DNA of 64,000 nt, from assembly GCA_964016885.1 (NCBI GenBank), contig OZ024746.1, forward strand, positions 57,474,001 through 57,538,000, read 5' to 3'. A model generated the notes under the pieces. It searched no databases. It saw only the letters and a program-made list of their open reading frames with translations, and was not told where the DNA came from. The translations under genes were made by a program, and so were the position numbers. Positions 1 through 15,684 of the stretch are shown piece after piece. The DNA comes from Eledone cirrhosa (Eukaryota). Every line of letters begins with the position of its first letter. Position 1 is the stretch's first letter.

Positions 1-860
<860 letters not shown>

Positions 861-1436
861 TTTAATATTCTTCTTTTTATTTCTTAATTTATAGATACAT
901 TTTTAAATAGGCAGTTTGTCTGACACCCGTAAATACTGCCCCCCCCCCACCTACTTTCTGTATCTGGATCTAAATATATGTGGCAGTGCTTATGTGCGCG
1001 CCTTAATGTCCATATGCTTATGATAATAATATATATACACACATATATGTGTGTGTGTGTGTGTGGGTGTGTGTGTGTGTGTATGTTCGTGGTTATGTGT
1101 ATGTTTATGCGTATATGCGCGTGTGTGTGTGAATGTATGTTTATGTGTGTATATATGAATGTATATATGTTTATATACGTGTATGTATTTTATCTGTAGA
1201 TTATAAACATACAGAGACATTAGCCCTGAATTTTTGTATTTACATACATTTTTTCGACATGCGTATGCATGTGAACATATATTTTTATGCATATCTGTGA
1301 ACGAAGTTACTTACATATATACACACACCTAACTGTATTTTCTAGATATATTTTTTGTGTATTTCATTGGTCAATTTGAACTCTGTTCCCAAAAAGACCT
1401 GTAATTTTGAATTGTTGTTATTATCAATAAATATAT

Positions 1437-1589
1437 TTCATTATTTCTGAAGACGGCATATATATGTGTTGGTATGTATATTAAATTTGATAGTTTGTAT
1501 AATTTTGTATAATTTTGTACATAGATCTGTTGAATATGCATGCCAATTCTAACACATATATGTCCTAGAAACGATCGTTAAATAATGAA
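1437..1589 (+). ncRNA. Type I hammerhead ribozyme motif with very long stem II
   Basis: TTCATTATTT-CTGAAGA-[~114 nt stem II incl. ATATATGTGTT..AACACATATAT]-GAAA-CGATCG-TT-AAATAATGAA; perfect 10-bp stem I and palindromic stem III ACGATCGT. Confidence 0.8.
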
Positions 1590-1643
1590 CTTTTTTTGTT
1601 TAATATAAGGAACTGTTTCATTGTTTTATTCATTATTTTCTTA

Positions 1644-1755
<112 letters not shown>

Positions 1756-1801
1756 TATGTATGTATATATTATATATGTATATGCGTATGCATATATTAT
1801 C

Positions 1802-1864
<63 letters not shown>

Positions 1865-1890
1865 AAATGTAATCTGAGTTTTTCGAGTAT

Positions 1891-1992
1891 TAATAATTGT
1901 TTCTACTTTAGGCACAAGGCCAGCCATACCCAGTGTATTACTGGTACTTTATTTTATCGACCCCGTAAGGATGAAAGGCAACGTAAACCTCG
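1891..1992 (-). mobile_element. tRNA-derived octopus-type SINE, 3' fragment
   Basis: Matches the window consensus (reverse complement of GCCTTTCATCCTTACGGGGTCGATAAAATAAAGTACCAG...GGCCTTGTGCCTAAAGTAGAAACAATTA). Confidence 0.85.
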
Positions 1993-2002
1993 TCCGAGTA
2001 TA

Positions 2003-2338
2003 AATAATAACATTCGATTCGTTTGCAATAAGGCAAAAAGCCTCAATTTTTATAGCTATGTCAGTAGAATGAACCCTTCATTTTAGCTCTTGTGTTGGCA
2101 TGTGAACAGAACTGCAGACACTAATGTTTCTGAGTATTACGCTTCATCAGTACAGCTTAACTGTTCACCTGCCAAACTGACAGAGCTAGTGAAAATATAT
2201 GCTATTTTCTAAAATACACAGTGATTGATCGGCCTGATTTGCATATTAGCAGTCTGGCTGATCAGTAAGATCTGCATATTAGCAGATCCACTGATCAGCC
2301 AGATTTGGGTATCTGCAAACGAATCGAATGTTATTATT
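2003..2338 (-). mobile_element. ~335 bp non-autonomous HHR-bearing element bounded by 25-bp inverted repeats
   Basis: AATAATAACATTCGATTCGTTTGCA (2003-2027) vs its reverse complement (2314-2338); internal HHR, octamer at 2237-2244, hairpin at 2253-2303. Confidence 0.7.
2102..2168 (-). ncRNA. Type I hammerhead ribozyme
   Basis: Minus strand: GTGAACAG-tta-AGCTGTA-CTGATGA-AGCGTAATACTCA-GAAA-CATTAGTG-TC-TGCAGTT-CTGTTCAC; 7+8 bp stem I with a 3-nt bulge, GUC cleavage triplet. Confidence 0.85.
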
Positions 2339-2578
2339 ATTATTCGAAAAACTTAAAACATACACATATAAACAACAAACAAATATAAACACACACTAGT
2401 AAACTAAGATAGAATACATTAACCAATACACAGTCACCCAAACTAAAACACACATCAAACAAAACACTATACACACACGCAAACGCATGCGCAGAGAAGA
2501 CAAAAAATAAACAAATAAATAAATAAACAGACTAAATAAAGATGGCGTAAGCATACAACGGGAGGAAACATAATAGCA

Positions 2579-2618
2579 CCACTGACGATGCTGCAGATGT
2601 GCAACGAAAGAACTTTGA
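2579..2618 (+). ncRNA. Degenerate hammerhead motif in a PLE-like terminal repeat
   Basis: CTGACGA-T-GCTGCAGATGTGCAAC-GAAA-GAAC-TT-TGA; same GAAAG(T/A)ACTTTGA signature as 9219 and 45327; stem I is weak. Confidence 0.5.
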
Positions 2619-2830
2619 TAGACTATATATACGTGTTTGTGTCTATATCGTATCTGTATATTGGTCAGTCACTGGCAACATTGAGGACCGAATAAATTAA
2701 ATTAACCGATATAAAAGACACAGAAGCGAAAACCAACTAAACAGTGAGTGTGTTCTGTTATTAATACTGGCAATATTGTTACACAAATATGACCCTCCCC
2801 AAGTATAACTATATATATATATATATATAT

Positions 2831-3200
2831 ATCATCATCATCACCGTTTTACGTCCGTTCTTCCACGCTAGCATGGGTTAGACCGGTTGTCCTGTTGTGG
2901 GCAGTGTCCGGTCAGCTAAGCTTCTCTTGCTCATACGGGAACTGATTCTGGCTTGATTTCTACAGCTGGATGCCCTTCCTAACACCAACCTCATTCACAG
3001 TGAGTGATGAGTGCTTTTTTGCCGTGGCACCTCCACGACCACTTTGCAGTCCCTATCATCTCATTTCTACAGCTGAGCAACCTGGAGCAATGTGAAATAA
3101 AATGTCTTTCTCAAGGAAACAACGCATCACCCCGGTCTGAGATTGAACTCACAACCTTTCGATTGCAAACCCAATGCTCTAACCACAAAGCCATGTGCCT
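2831..3200 (-). mobile_element. Second SINE family (tRNA-like head, RTE-like tail ending (GAT)n)
   Basis: Minus strand has an A/B-box-like head (AGGCACATGGCTTTGTGGTTAGAGC...GAGTTCAATCTC) and the tail GGAAGGGCATCCAGC...GGACGTAAAACGGTGATGATGA. Confidence 0.6.
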
Positions 3201-3216
3201 AAATATATAGTACATA

Positions 3217-3255
<39 letters not shown>

Positions 3256-3263
3256 TATATATA

Positions 3264-4377
<1,114 letters not shown>

Positions 4378-5255
4378 TATATATATATATAAATATAAAA
4401 AATATATGTATATACTTAAATAGCGATCAATTTCTTTGCAAATTGATGAGAAAAGTATAGATGTATATTAAAACACTTTTTTTTTCTGTAATCCGACAAA
4501 TTATATATTTCTATATTTGTTAAATTAATTTTTCTGAACTATTACTAGTTTCAATTTTTGAGTCATCTTATCAAATATGATTAATTTACAATAAAAATAA
4601 TGTTCTCATATTTTAAGAGCATTTAAACATATGGGTATAATCTCTCAAAATCCTCATATATATAATTAATGTAGTTGTGTTTATCTGGGTTCAAAGGGAC
4701 AGGATTCAATTGATTTACCATAACTTATATTGATTTAAATAGAATATGTTCATTTTTTTATTCAAAATAAACATCCCGTCGGCATTTTGAAATTCTGTGA
4801 TTTGTGTCTGGGTTTGTATTTGTGTGCGTGTCTCTGTGTTTGTCTGTGTGTGTGTCCTTGTGTGGTAATGTCTGCGGGAGTTTGTGTGTATGGTAGATAC
4901 AATTTTGTCAAACATCCAAGATTAATTAAGATTGTGTATATAAAAATAAGAATAAAACATAAAGAATAGAAATACTGATATACATATTAGTGAAAGAGTT
5001 CCTTTATGAAAAAATGATCTTTCTCGGTGTTCTATTGAAAGTCTTGGAAAAACATTTACATTGCGTATGTGTGTAGGTGTGTTCGTAGTTGTACATACAC
5101 AGATTTGTTACAGATGTATGTAACTTTGTCTATAATATCTATAATATCTAATGACATAATTTCGTAGTTTAAATGAAATGTAGCTTATATTTCCCAATAA
5201 GGTGCTTTCTTCATTTATGCCCTGCATATATATATATGGGGAGAAAGAGAGAGAT

Positions 5256-5312
<57 letters not shown>

Positions 5313-5770
5313 AAAAGATTGAAGGATAACATGGTCGGTTGCATAATAGGGCTTATTTACAGTATTAACAATTGTTTCTGTAGTCCGGTCAGTCTAAAAG
5401 TTGCTGATCGTTAGAAGCTACGTCGTTCCACCTTAATTGCAGTCGTATATATATATATATATATATATATACAGATGTATCACATCAACTAATCGCAGTA
5501 GCATCTATGACAAATTTTATTTAAAACGGGTAAAAACAAACTCAGACGAAATAAGATTATTGCTTATCGTAGTATGTATGTTCCTGGAGCTACATGCGTA
5601 TGTTTTTATGATGACTACTGAAGAATCCCACCTGTTGTAAAGAAATGGAAGGAAAACGTAGAAAAAAGTATATTTTAACATTATTTAAAACATAATATTT
5701 TCTAACATATATTTGTAAGAAAAATATATTAATTTAACTCACTCAAAAACTTAAATTATTAACTCTTATA

Positions 5771-5971
5771 TAATTGTTTCTATTTTTTGCACAAGGGCAG
5801 CAATTATCCTAGTGATTATTGGTACTTTATTTTATCGACCTTGTAAGGATGTAAGGCAAAGTTAACCTCGGAGTAAACCTTGGCTTAGTTTGAACTCAGA
5901 CCGTAAAGTTGGATAACTATATGCTGCAAAGCATGGTGTCTGATCCTCTACCGATACTGCCAATCTACCGC
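5771..5971 (-). mobile_element. Octopus-type tRNA SINE, full length
   Basis: Whole window consensus in reverse orientation. Confidence 0.85.
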
Positions 5972-6655
5972 ACATTAACCCTTACATAATGTAATGAGGA
6001 AACATTCGATAACATAAGCTATGGTAGTTTGGGTCAGAAAAGCATGTGGAATAAAAGGTAAGAAAAAGCAAACAATAATTCATCTGCTCCACCACAATGT
6101 TTGAATCGAGTCAAAACAGCAGCATTCATCCTTTCATAGAGATAATAATTTCAAATTATCTCATCACGGTGTTGTCCGTTTGATAATTGATTCTCGTTTT
6201 CTCATCAGTTTAAGACATATTTATTCTTATGGAGAATATACCTAATAAATCAAGTTCCCAATTTGCTTATCTTAGAACAATTTATAACAAAGTTTACAAA
6301 TAAATTATATCATGAATCTATAGATCATTATATCAGAGTTAGAAATATATTTGTCAACTTCAGTTTTAATATAGATTTAATATCACAATGTATATATATA
6401 TAGGTCTTGTAACGTCCAGTTTCTGGAGGTTAACCAGAGTCAACACCCGATGCGTAGTTTTCAGTAATTATAGAGGTGTACTAAGCAGAGTATAACATTA
6501 ATAACAATAATAATAATAATAAGGATGATTTGTTATGTCTTCATTACGTTTATTGAGTAGTGATGCGCGTTTCTTTGTTGAACTGCTCAAGGCTCGATCT
6601 GTATATATATATCAATGATATTAATAAATGGAAACTATATTTTTAAAACCATATT

Positions 6656-6716
6656 TATTTTATTATATATATTTCAAGGGTACCAAAATTGTGCTACGCT
6701 CTCATCAGATAAAATA
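6656..6716 (-). ncRNA. Type I hammerhead ribozyme downstream of a Naiad-type PLE endonuclease fragment
   Basis: Minus strand: TATTTTAT-CTGATGA-GAGCGTAGCACAATTTTGGTACCCTT-GAAA-TATATA-TA-ATAAAATA; perfect 8-bp stem I. Confidence 0.8.
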
Positions 6717-7854
6717 CACAATTTGTTTTATAAATGGTGACATACCCAAGCAACCAGACCTTATCGGTTCAGGTTCAGTTTGGATAGTGAAGGAAAAATT
6801 TCAAATCTTTAGGATGAATATGTAAATGGGGTTGAAACGTAACGCTGAAAAAAGATCGTTATATTTAGACGCTAGGTAAATTTAAATAATTATTAGGATA
6901 ATTTATAAATGGAAGAAGAAGAAAAAAAGAAGAAAAGAGAGGCTAATATTAATGTTATGGTGTAAGAAAATGTAAGTAATGATTATAAGAAAAAACTATA
7001 GTTAGAAATACACTATTGTTATTAAGATAAAAGTGTGTGGATCATATCAGTGATGGTGTAAAGAGAATGATATAATTATATTTAATTATTTAATTATATA
7101 ATCAGATATTTTGGTAGTATCTATAAAATAGTATGAGAGTTAAGAAATGTGTTGAAGTGGTAGAATAACAATTTAAGATATAAATAAAAAAAATTGAGAT
7201 ATACAACTAATTATTGGATCTATTCAAATCATGAGTTATAATATTATATAGATAATATTTATAAGTATATTTTAAGGTGGTAAGTATATTTTAGTTTATT
7301 ATATAACCATGGATTATTTATATAAGTATTTATATAAATATTTTTGGAGAGTATATATGTTGTTATTTTCTTAGTTAAAATGATTATGTTACATTTGTCT
7401 TTTAATTCTAGAATTTACTTTTAAAGAAATATATAATTAAGATATATGCGGAATATAAGTAGAAAACATTAATATATTATTTTACATATGATTATAAGGT
7501 ATTTTATATTAGATGTTTTCAAAGATGAGAATTATTTTATATATGTATTTAGATAGTATTATCTACATCAATGCATGTGTTAAAGTCTATATAGTGAAAA
7601 CATATTATTACAGACCTCATAAGTATATTTAGAAACATTATCAAATTTATGACAAAAAAAATATATTTCAAAATATCATTGAAATCCATTAAAAAGAATA
7701 TCATTTGAAAAAGATTATCATTTGAAGAAAGAATATCATTTGAAAATTATTAGATAAAAAGAAAAATATCATTTAAAAATCACCACAAAATCTCGACAAA
7801 AACATAGTGAAGACATATAAAATGTAAACAAGTGAAATATATTCTATAGATTAA

Positions 7855-8300
7855 AAACACTTCTGAAAGTCATTCTTTGGCGATGTCTACAAGAACTGAA
7901 ATATTCTTTCGTTTTGTTAATAAAGTTTTGGCAGGTAAGTATATAACATATTTCTTCAATACACCAATGACAGATACTTGAGAGAGCCATATTTCGGTAT
8001 GCGTGCGCTTTTGAAATCGTTCCGCAAGAGATTGAATAGTCAATATTATTTTCTTTTAAGTACCAAATTAGATGTGAAAGTGATGTAGAAAATGTTTTAT
8101 AGGATCTATTAAAAGTATGTTTGTGATTATATCATCTTACTTTAAATTTTATAGAATTGGCTCCTATATATTTATATATTTTATCTCTAGTTTTTACTGA
8201 GCATTTGTATACTAAGATTTTACCTAGGTAATTATTCTCTAAAGGGCAAATTGAATCGTCTCTACAGTTACATATTCCAGAGTTATTGTTACTATGAACG
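7855..8300 (-). pseudogene. Penelope-like (Naiad-type) GIY-YIG endonuclease 3' fragment
   Basis: CNCRDDSICPLENN..LVYKCSV..YIGANSIKFKVR*YNHKHTFN..TSLSHLIWYLKENNIDYSI aligns by eye to the 53768-54439 ORF; contains stops. Confidence 0.85.
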
Positions 8301-8379
8301 GTACTATTATTACTAGTATTAATACTGTCATTAACACCAGAACCCAAAGAAACTTGATTACCTGTGTATGTCCCTGTTG

Positions 8380-8455
<76 letters not shown>

Positions 8456-8458
<3 letters not shown>

Positions 8459-8716
8459 TTATTAAAATAACAGATTAAAGTTTAAGCAAAAAATCGCTGT
8501 TTTCACCCTTGACGGGATCTTCTGTGGTTTCACTACTGTGTGAATTCAACCTCAGCTGGATTTGAAGATCCCGTTAAGGGTGAAAGCACCGATTCTTTGC
8601 TTAAACTTTAATCTGTTATTTTAATAAATATTTGATCTAGGGTTCTTATATATTTGATATATATTTATCCTTATCGAGCCCTCTTTGCATCTTAGTCTTC
8701 AAATTTATTATTATTG

Positions 8717-8720
<4 letters not shown>
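8456..8720. mobile_element. Fold-back element family B (arms ~8456-8523 / 8564-8630 plus tail)
   Basis: ~65-bp inverted arms starting at HHR-like (T/C)TGAAGA-TCCC-GTTAA-GGGT-GAAA; second copy in opposite orientation at 49808-50080. Confidence 0.8.
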
Positions 8721-8748
<28 letters not shown>

Positions 8749-8946
8749 TTCTGTGTGTGTTTGTGTGTGTATGTGTGTGTGTGTATGTACGCATGAATTG
8801 ATGTGTAATGTGTGGTTACTGATGTTTCACACCTGTATGAATTCTAAACTAATATTTGTGTCCCGCTACCGAGCTGAGAGTCAAAGTTAGGTATCATTAA
8901 GAAGCATATTAGTTAATAATAAAAAAATATTACAATTAATTTTAAC

Positions 8947-9073
8947 AATAATTGTTTCTACTTTTGGCACAAGGTCAGAAATTATACCAGTCTATTACTG
9001 GTACTTTATTTTATCGACCCTGTAAGGATGAAAGGCAAAGTTAACCTCGGCGGGATTAGAACTCACACCGTAA
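8947..9073 (-). mobile_element. Octopus-type SINE fragment
   Basis: Consensus 3' two-thirds. Confidence 0.8.
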
Positions 9074-9164
9074 CAATAATACCATTACGATATTTCATTC
9101 GAAAATCCCCAAGCCTTTTGATCGATTAGTTCCAGAATCGTATCCGATTTTCATGAAAATGACA

Positions 9165-9345
9165 AGATCGCGTAGGACGGAAGAAAGGAGAGGCACAAAA
9201 GAAAGAAAAGAATCCCCAGTCACTGATGAGACCACAGAATGTGTGACGTAAGAACTTTGACAATATATGAAAAACCGTCCGGTTGTGGAACCAACCAACC
9301 AACCAGAAATTTATGATTTTCTAAAATTTATAATTTAATTTATAA
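9165..9345 (+). mobile_element. Solo PLE 3' terminal repeat with HHR (9219-9261)
   Basis: Homologous to the reverse complement of 45250-45420; GTCA-CTGATGA-GACCACAGAATGTGTGAC-GTAA-GAAC-TT-TGAC. Confidence 0.75.
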
Positions 9346-9473
9346 TAAATTGGAGTAAAATCCGTGGTGCGTGTGTTTCTTATTGGCAACGTATAACAAT
9401 ATCGGTTTCAACACACGTTTTCAGATAAAGAATCTTGCTAAACAAATTCAGAAACGAATTACATATATATATA

Positions 9474-9619
9474 TAGTGGTAGAACACTGGAAGGTAATAT
9501 CCGTGGTGGTAGAGTACTCAGTCCAAGGAACGTGTTAGGTTGAAGTGGTTACACAACAGTTAGTTCACCATAACGAAACAATTGTTCTGGGTATGGTGAA
9601 CTAATTGTTGTGTAACCAC

Positions 9620-9622
<3 letters not shown>
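9474..9622. mobile_element. Fold-back element family C
   Basis: Hairpin 9545-9619 around GAAACAATTGTTC; second copy at 20382-20565; TA tracts on both sides. Confidence 0.8.
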
Positions 9623-9662
<40 letters not shown>

Positions 9663-9786
9663 CATGTTACAAATGTTTCGCGGGCATGTAGCTCGAGTCA
9701 TGTAGCTGGTATGTAGCTCTGATGAATATAGAGTGCTAATTATGGTATACCGCCTAAAGAAGCACCATAGCTACCACTATATACAA

Positions 9787-10412
<626 letters not shown>

Positions 10413-10687
10413 ACAATCGTAGTAAATATCAGACGATCTTAAAAATATACGATAGTGTTCACTTGACACGGAAAATGCTTATCTTTCTACAGTTAACGGA
10501 CAACATAGTTGGACACAAATTCTTTACTTCCTAAATTGTATTTTGATTTACTCTTGTTAAGAGAGAATCACTTGAAGTTAACAATATAGTCATATCGTGT
10601 TTCCATAAATGACAATCTACCAGTCTCTAGGAACAATTTTTCGAAATTCTATCTTTATTTACTTATCGCCTAATGTCATTTCGGTTT

Positions 10688-10753
<66 letters not shown>

Positions 10754-10919
10754 TCTCTCTCTCTATATATATATATGTGCGTGTATATATATACATATAT
10801 ACATATGTTTATACATATATAAATATATATATTTATATATATTTATATATATATATTTATATATGTATAAACATATGTATATATGTATATATACACACGC
10901 ACACATACACATATATATA

Positions 10920-10964
<45 letters not shown>

Positions 10965-11612
10965 GAGAGAAAGAGAGAGAGAGATGAAAAGCGAAAGAGA
11001 GACATATAGAGAGAAATAGAGAGAACGAGAGAGAGAGGGGGAGCGGGAAGAGAGAGAAGAGAGAGTGAGAGAGAGAGAATCCATGCGGATTTATAATCGC
11101 CCGCCTGAACCATCAAATTATATCAGATTTTTTATTTCAGTTTTTTTTTTTAAGCACGGTTTAAAGATTATCATTGACATCAACAAACACACAGACTTGA
11201 GTATTACACGTCTGTCGTAGGAAAATAAAATTTAAAACAAATGTGTCGAGCAATTCTAGATGATATCTGACTCTAGTTGATTCAGGAATAGTAAAGAAAG
11301 GATAAAGAGAGAAGTAAAGGCAGGACGAAAAAGAAAGAAAGTAATAAAGAATGTAAGAAAAGTGATGGAAAAGAGGAAAGTGGTGAGTTTGGGTGAGAGA
11401 CGGAGAGTAAGTTGTAATCTCTATAAAGTATTTTCTAAAGCAACAATTGAAAAGGTATATATTCGATGTTTCGTTGACGTCGCTTATCTCACGTTTACAG
11501 AAGTACTTACATTATATATATATATATATATATAACCCCCCCCCCCACATATATATATATATATATAAATATGCATATACATATATACACACACATATAT
11601 ATATATATATAC

Positions 11613-11643
<31 letters not shown>

Positions 11644-11645
11644 TA

Positions 11646-11733
<88 letters not shown>

Positions 11734-12340
11734 AAAAAAAGTAATCAGCTTTATATGATAGTTTAATGAAAGATTGTTAAGATATTATTTTACTCTCGAT
11801 TTTTTGTACATATAATCAGCGATCCCTGTTGATACCTTGTATTATACAACGCTACAGCTGCTATCACTCAGAATTTGAGGCACGGGATCGCATTAAGTGC
11901 TGAATAATCATGTTTTCATATATTACTTGTATCCATTATATATATATATATTTATAATTGATACAAGTCATATGTGAAACTCCACTTTCGTAGAGCCTCG
12001 GAATGCACGTACACATTTTGAACTCGACCGATTTACTGCTGATCTATATGGGTTTGAAAATTAGACTAGGCTTATTATGCGGAAAATAAAACAAACGAAA
12101 ACAAATTTGCGAGTATAGAATTAAATGCAAGACATTTAAATCCACACCAGTGAGGAAAACGGCCAGTTAGATCTCGTGACGAGAGCATACATAGAGAACA
12201 TGACGCTGAAATAACTTTTAATTTGTGTCAACCTTCACAATAAGATGAAGTGGAATCACGAAGACAAGAGTACAGGAGAATAGTCTCACGAAAGGAATGG
12301 CGATCTGTCGTATTAAGAATAGGCAACATCCCCAAAAGGA

Positions 12341-12602
12341 AGTCTAATATTGATTTCTAATTGAGGCACAACGCTAGCAATTTTGGGGGAGGGGAAAGTT
12401 GATTAAATTGACTCCAGTGCGTGACTGGTACTTTATTCTATCGACCCTGTAAAGATGAAAGACAAATTTAACATGGGCGGGATTTGAACTCAGATCATAA
12501 AGGGCTATAACTCTATGTTGTAAAGCATAGCGTCCGACCCTCTACCGATACTGCCAATCCACGTCCCTATAATAATCCACCACCCTTGCAGTCTAATATT
12601 GA
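12341..12602 (-). mobile_element. Octopus-type SINE (long variant) with 13-bp TSD AGTCTAATATTGA
   Basis: TSD at 12341-12353 and 12590-12602. Confidence 0.85.
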
Positions 12603-13550
12603 CAACAAGTTAGGAATACGAAATCCGAGCTCGCCGACGGTCGACCTAGTCGTATACCTTTTCGAACCATGCCAACCGAAACTGCAAGCAACCTAAGCAT
12701 TTTTAATATCCTTTGTTAAAGTAGTGTCAAATAGTCTCCAGATTCTCGGTAATTCAGAAAATACTTATGCAGCAAGCAGATACAACTATATTACCTCTTT
12801 AGCTAGTGTGGTATACAAAGAAAAACTTCAGTACATAAAACATAATCCTACTGAACCACTTAACAGCACCCAAGTTTCTAAAACGACGGCAAATCATTCA
12901 TAACCAGAGCCCGCAGTGACAAAATATCCTCTCTTAGCAACTCCGTGAACATACTGAAATACAACACATACTACAGAATAAGGGCAATAACAGTGAGAAA
13001 ATAGACAACATATTTTATTATATTAAGGAAGGCAGCAATATAGAATTGATAAATGTGTCGGAACACGGGAGAGCCGAACTCTCACTGTCATCGCCACCAT
13101 CTCTCTTGCTCTCCTCTCTTTTTTATTATGAGCAAATGGGTCTCACGCGTTGGACGCCCCACGGTCCCGCGTACAAGATGGAGAAGGGGTTTCCCTGGTA
13201 GACGACAGGCAGAGACAAATTAGTGAATTTAACACGCTCTGTAGCAGCAACAACAGCAAGGCGAAAGTTTGCTAATAGTTTATGTAAACTTCAACCCCAA
13301 GATATAGCGTATTTGACGACATAAGATATGCATAATCTTAAAAGATACATCTCAATTCGGACAGGCATTTAAGAAAAAAAATGGGTTTACACTACGAATG
13401 TCTCGTAAAGTGTATAAATGTTTTACATCGTATTTGTTTATATTATCATTCTTTATAGAACTGATAGATATTATCTACCTATCTTATGCGTGGTATACAG
13501 TATTTCTTGTTTTACTGCCGGTTGGCTTCGCACGTGAAAACCATCCAGTG

Positions 13551-13778
13551 ATTATTTTCTTACAAATCAAATGAGCGGTGGTGGATTGGCAGTATCGGTA
13601 GAGAGTCGGACGCCATGCTTTCCAGCATAGTTACGTCCCTTTACGGTCTGAGTTCAAATCCCACCGAGGTTTACTTTGCCTTTCATCCTTACGGGGTCGA
13701 TAAAATAAAGTATCAGTAATGCACTGGGTAATTGGTGGCCTTGTGCCTAAAGTAGAAACAATTATTTTCTTACAAATC
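13551..13778 (+). mobile_element. Octopus-type SINE, full length, with 18-bp TSD ATTATTTTCTTACAAATC
   Basis: A box TGGCAGTATCGG, B box GAGTTCAAATCC; TSD at 13551-13568 and 13761-13778. Confidence 0.92.
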
Positions 13779-14256
13779 CTACCCACATATCCGTAGTATC
13801 GGAGCTGTAATCTCTCCATTCGGAGAAGTAGCGGTTCTATTTCGAGCGTATCTTTACGCGAAGCTCGATTTGAAAGAACGAACCCTTGTATTCCTGTTTG
13901 TATAATTTCAGCCTTTATGCAAGATTCATGAAGATATGTATGTGTAGGCATAAACTGCGAAGTGAAGTTACCCAACTGTCATACTTAATTTTAGATATTA
14001 GTTATTCCCCCTTATTCTTTTTCATTCGTTTTTCTTCTTTATTCCTTTTACAACCAAAAGTATTTAATTTACCTTGGATTGCATACTCCGGCATCATTGT
14101 AATAGCAGATATCAGGTTAGCTTTACAACTTTTCAAAAACATTTTTTTTTTTTTTGCTGCTCGTTATTTTCCTTCCCTTCGTTCTATTTTTCTTTATTCA
14201 GCTATTGTATTCGCCTGCCCCCAGGCTAAGTTATTAGTGATCCTGTTGGGTGTATT

Positions 14257-14300
<44 letters not shown>

Positions 14301-14391
14301 CCAAAGATTAGTGTGATTCGTTGATTACTCAACGAATATAATTTTACAATAGATTAGAAGCACTAAACAAGGGGTTTTCCTGGAGTTTTTA

Positions 14392-14663
14392 ATATTATTC
14401 AAAATGTTAATAAATGAAAAATATTGTGATAATCAAAACATATACTTTATTATACATACTTCAAAGGTACTATGGTGTTTAAGTACGTTTTCATCAGACA
14501 AAATATATGATTTGATATGTGACATACCACTACCGTCTTGGTTATTCAATTCCAGTACTGATGAAAACGTACTTAAACACCATAGTACCTTTGAAATATG
14601 TATAATAAAGTATGTGTTTTGATCATGAGAATATTTTTCATTTGTTAACATTTTGAATAATAT
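14392..14663. mobile_element. Fold-back element with ~105-bp arms beginning at an HHR core; HHR at 14443-14505 (-)
   Basis: Arms 14392-14497 / 14558-14663; minus strand TATTTTGT-CTGATGA-AAACGTACT..AGTACCTTT-GAAG-TATGTA-TA-ATAAAGTA (the right arm has GAAA). Confidence 0.8.
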
Positions 14664-15502
14664 ATATATATATATATATTATGTATAAACCGAAGTTGTA
14701 GCGGCCCACACATTAAGTAATATTTGATAGATTCGAGGCAATCACAAACCGCGTAATGCAGTGAAAAGTTTAAAGCATACACACACACACATAATCACAC
14801 TAATATGCATAGACATTTCAACAAAAAGATAAACATCAAATCAGAGAGAAACATTTAAATATATTTATATTAAGCCGAACTCTAAATTGGACGTAGTATA
14901 AGCTAGACATATTAAAATATAGCTGCTTCTCTCGTATAAGGTCCCCAACTGCAGTGCGGGATTAAGAATCAATACCAATTATCGCAATAAACTAAAACAA
15001 CTAATATTAGAATTTCATTCATCAGACTGAAATCTTTTAAGTAGAAAAAATATTCAATAGATACCATACAGACTATCGACACAGCATGGTGCGTTCAACA
15101 CGTGCCTCATTCACCCATTAATTAACATCTATCTAACTGTTTATCAGTACAACACAACATGTTTGTAATAACGCTATGGAGTCCCCCCCCCAAAAAAAAA
15201 CGCGTTTAAATCAAATCCATAAAAGAGGAGTAGTAAATTTCAAAGAGGTATTAGTTTCTAATATATATATAGACATTTCAAAGAAAGCAACGTTGTACTT
15301 TCACAAAGATATATTCTGTATGCTATATATTAAGTATTTTCGGTAGTTCCTAAGAACTCCTCCCGGTGATGGAATTTCTGGGGGGGGGGGGGCTGATGTA
15401 TTTGGCTTCAGATATATATACACATAAATATATCTACATTTATATACTTACTTACACGCACACACACATATATACTTATGCATCTATAACCCCCGCCCCC
15501 TC

Positions 15503-15574
<72 letters not shown>

Positions 15575-15684
15575 ATAAATGAAAGGTATAGAAAACACTG
15601 CAGCAAAAAGCGAACAGCATTCCATAGTATATAAGTGACTATAGCGTGAAAATGGGAAAAATAGTTAACGTAAGATGTGGGAAA

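Noticed and set aside
9712-9776. GTAGCT-CTGATGA...AGCTAC hammerhead candidate
   Set aside because: Stem I pairs, but the second core is GAAG, there is no UH triplet and no clear stem II; at most a dead remnant
13577-13665. tRNA gene
   Set aside because: The A/B boxes belong to the SINE head; no cloverleaf and it is followed by SINE body
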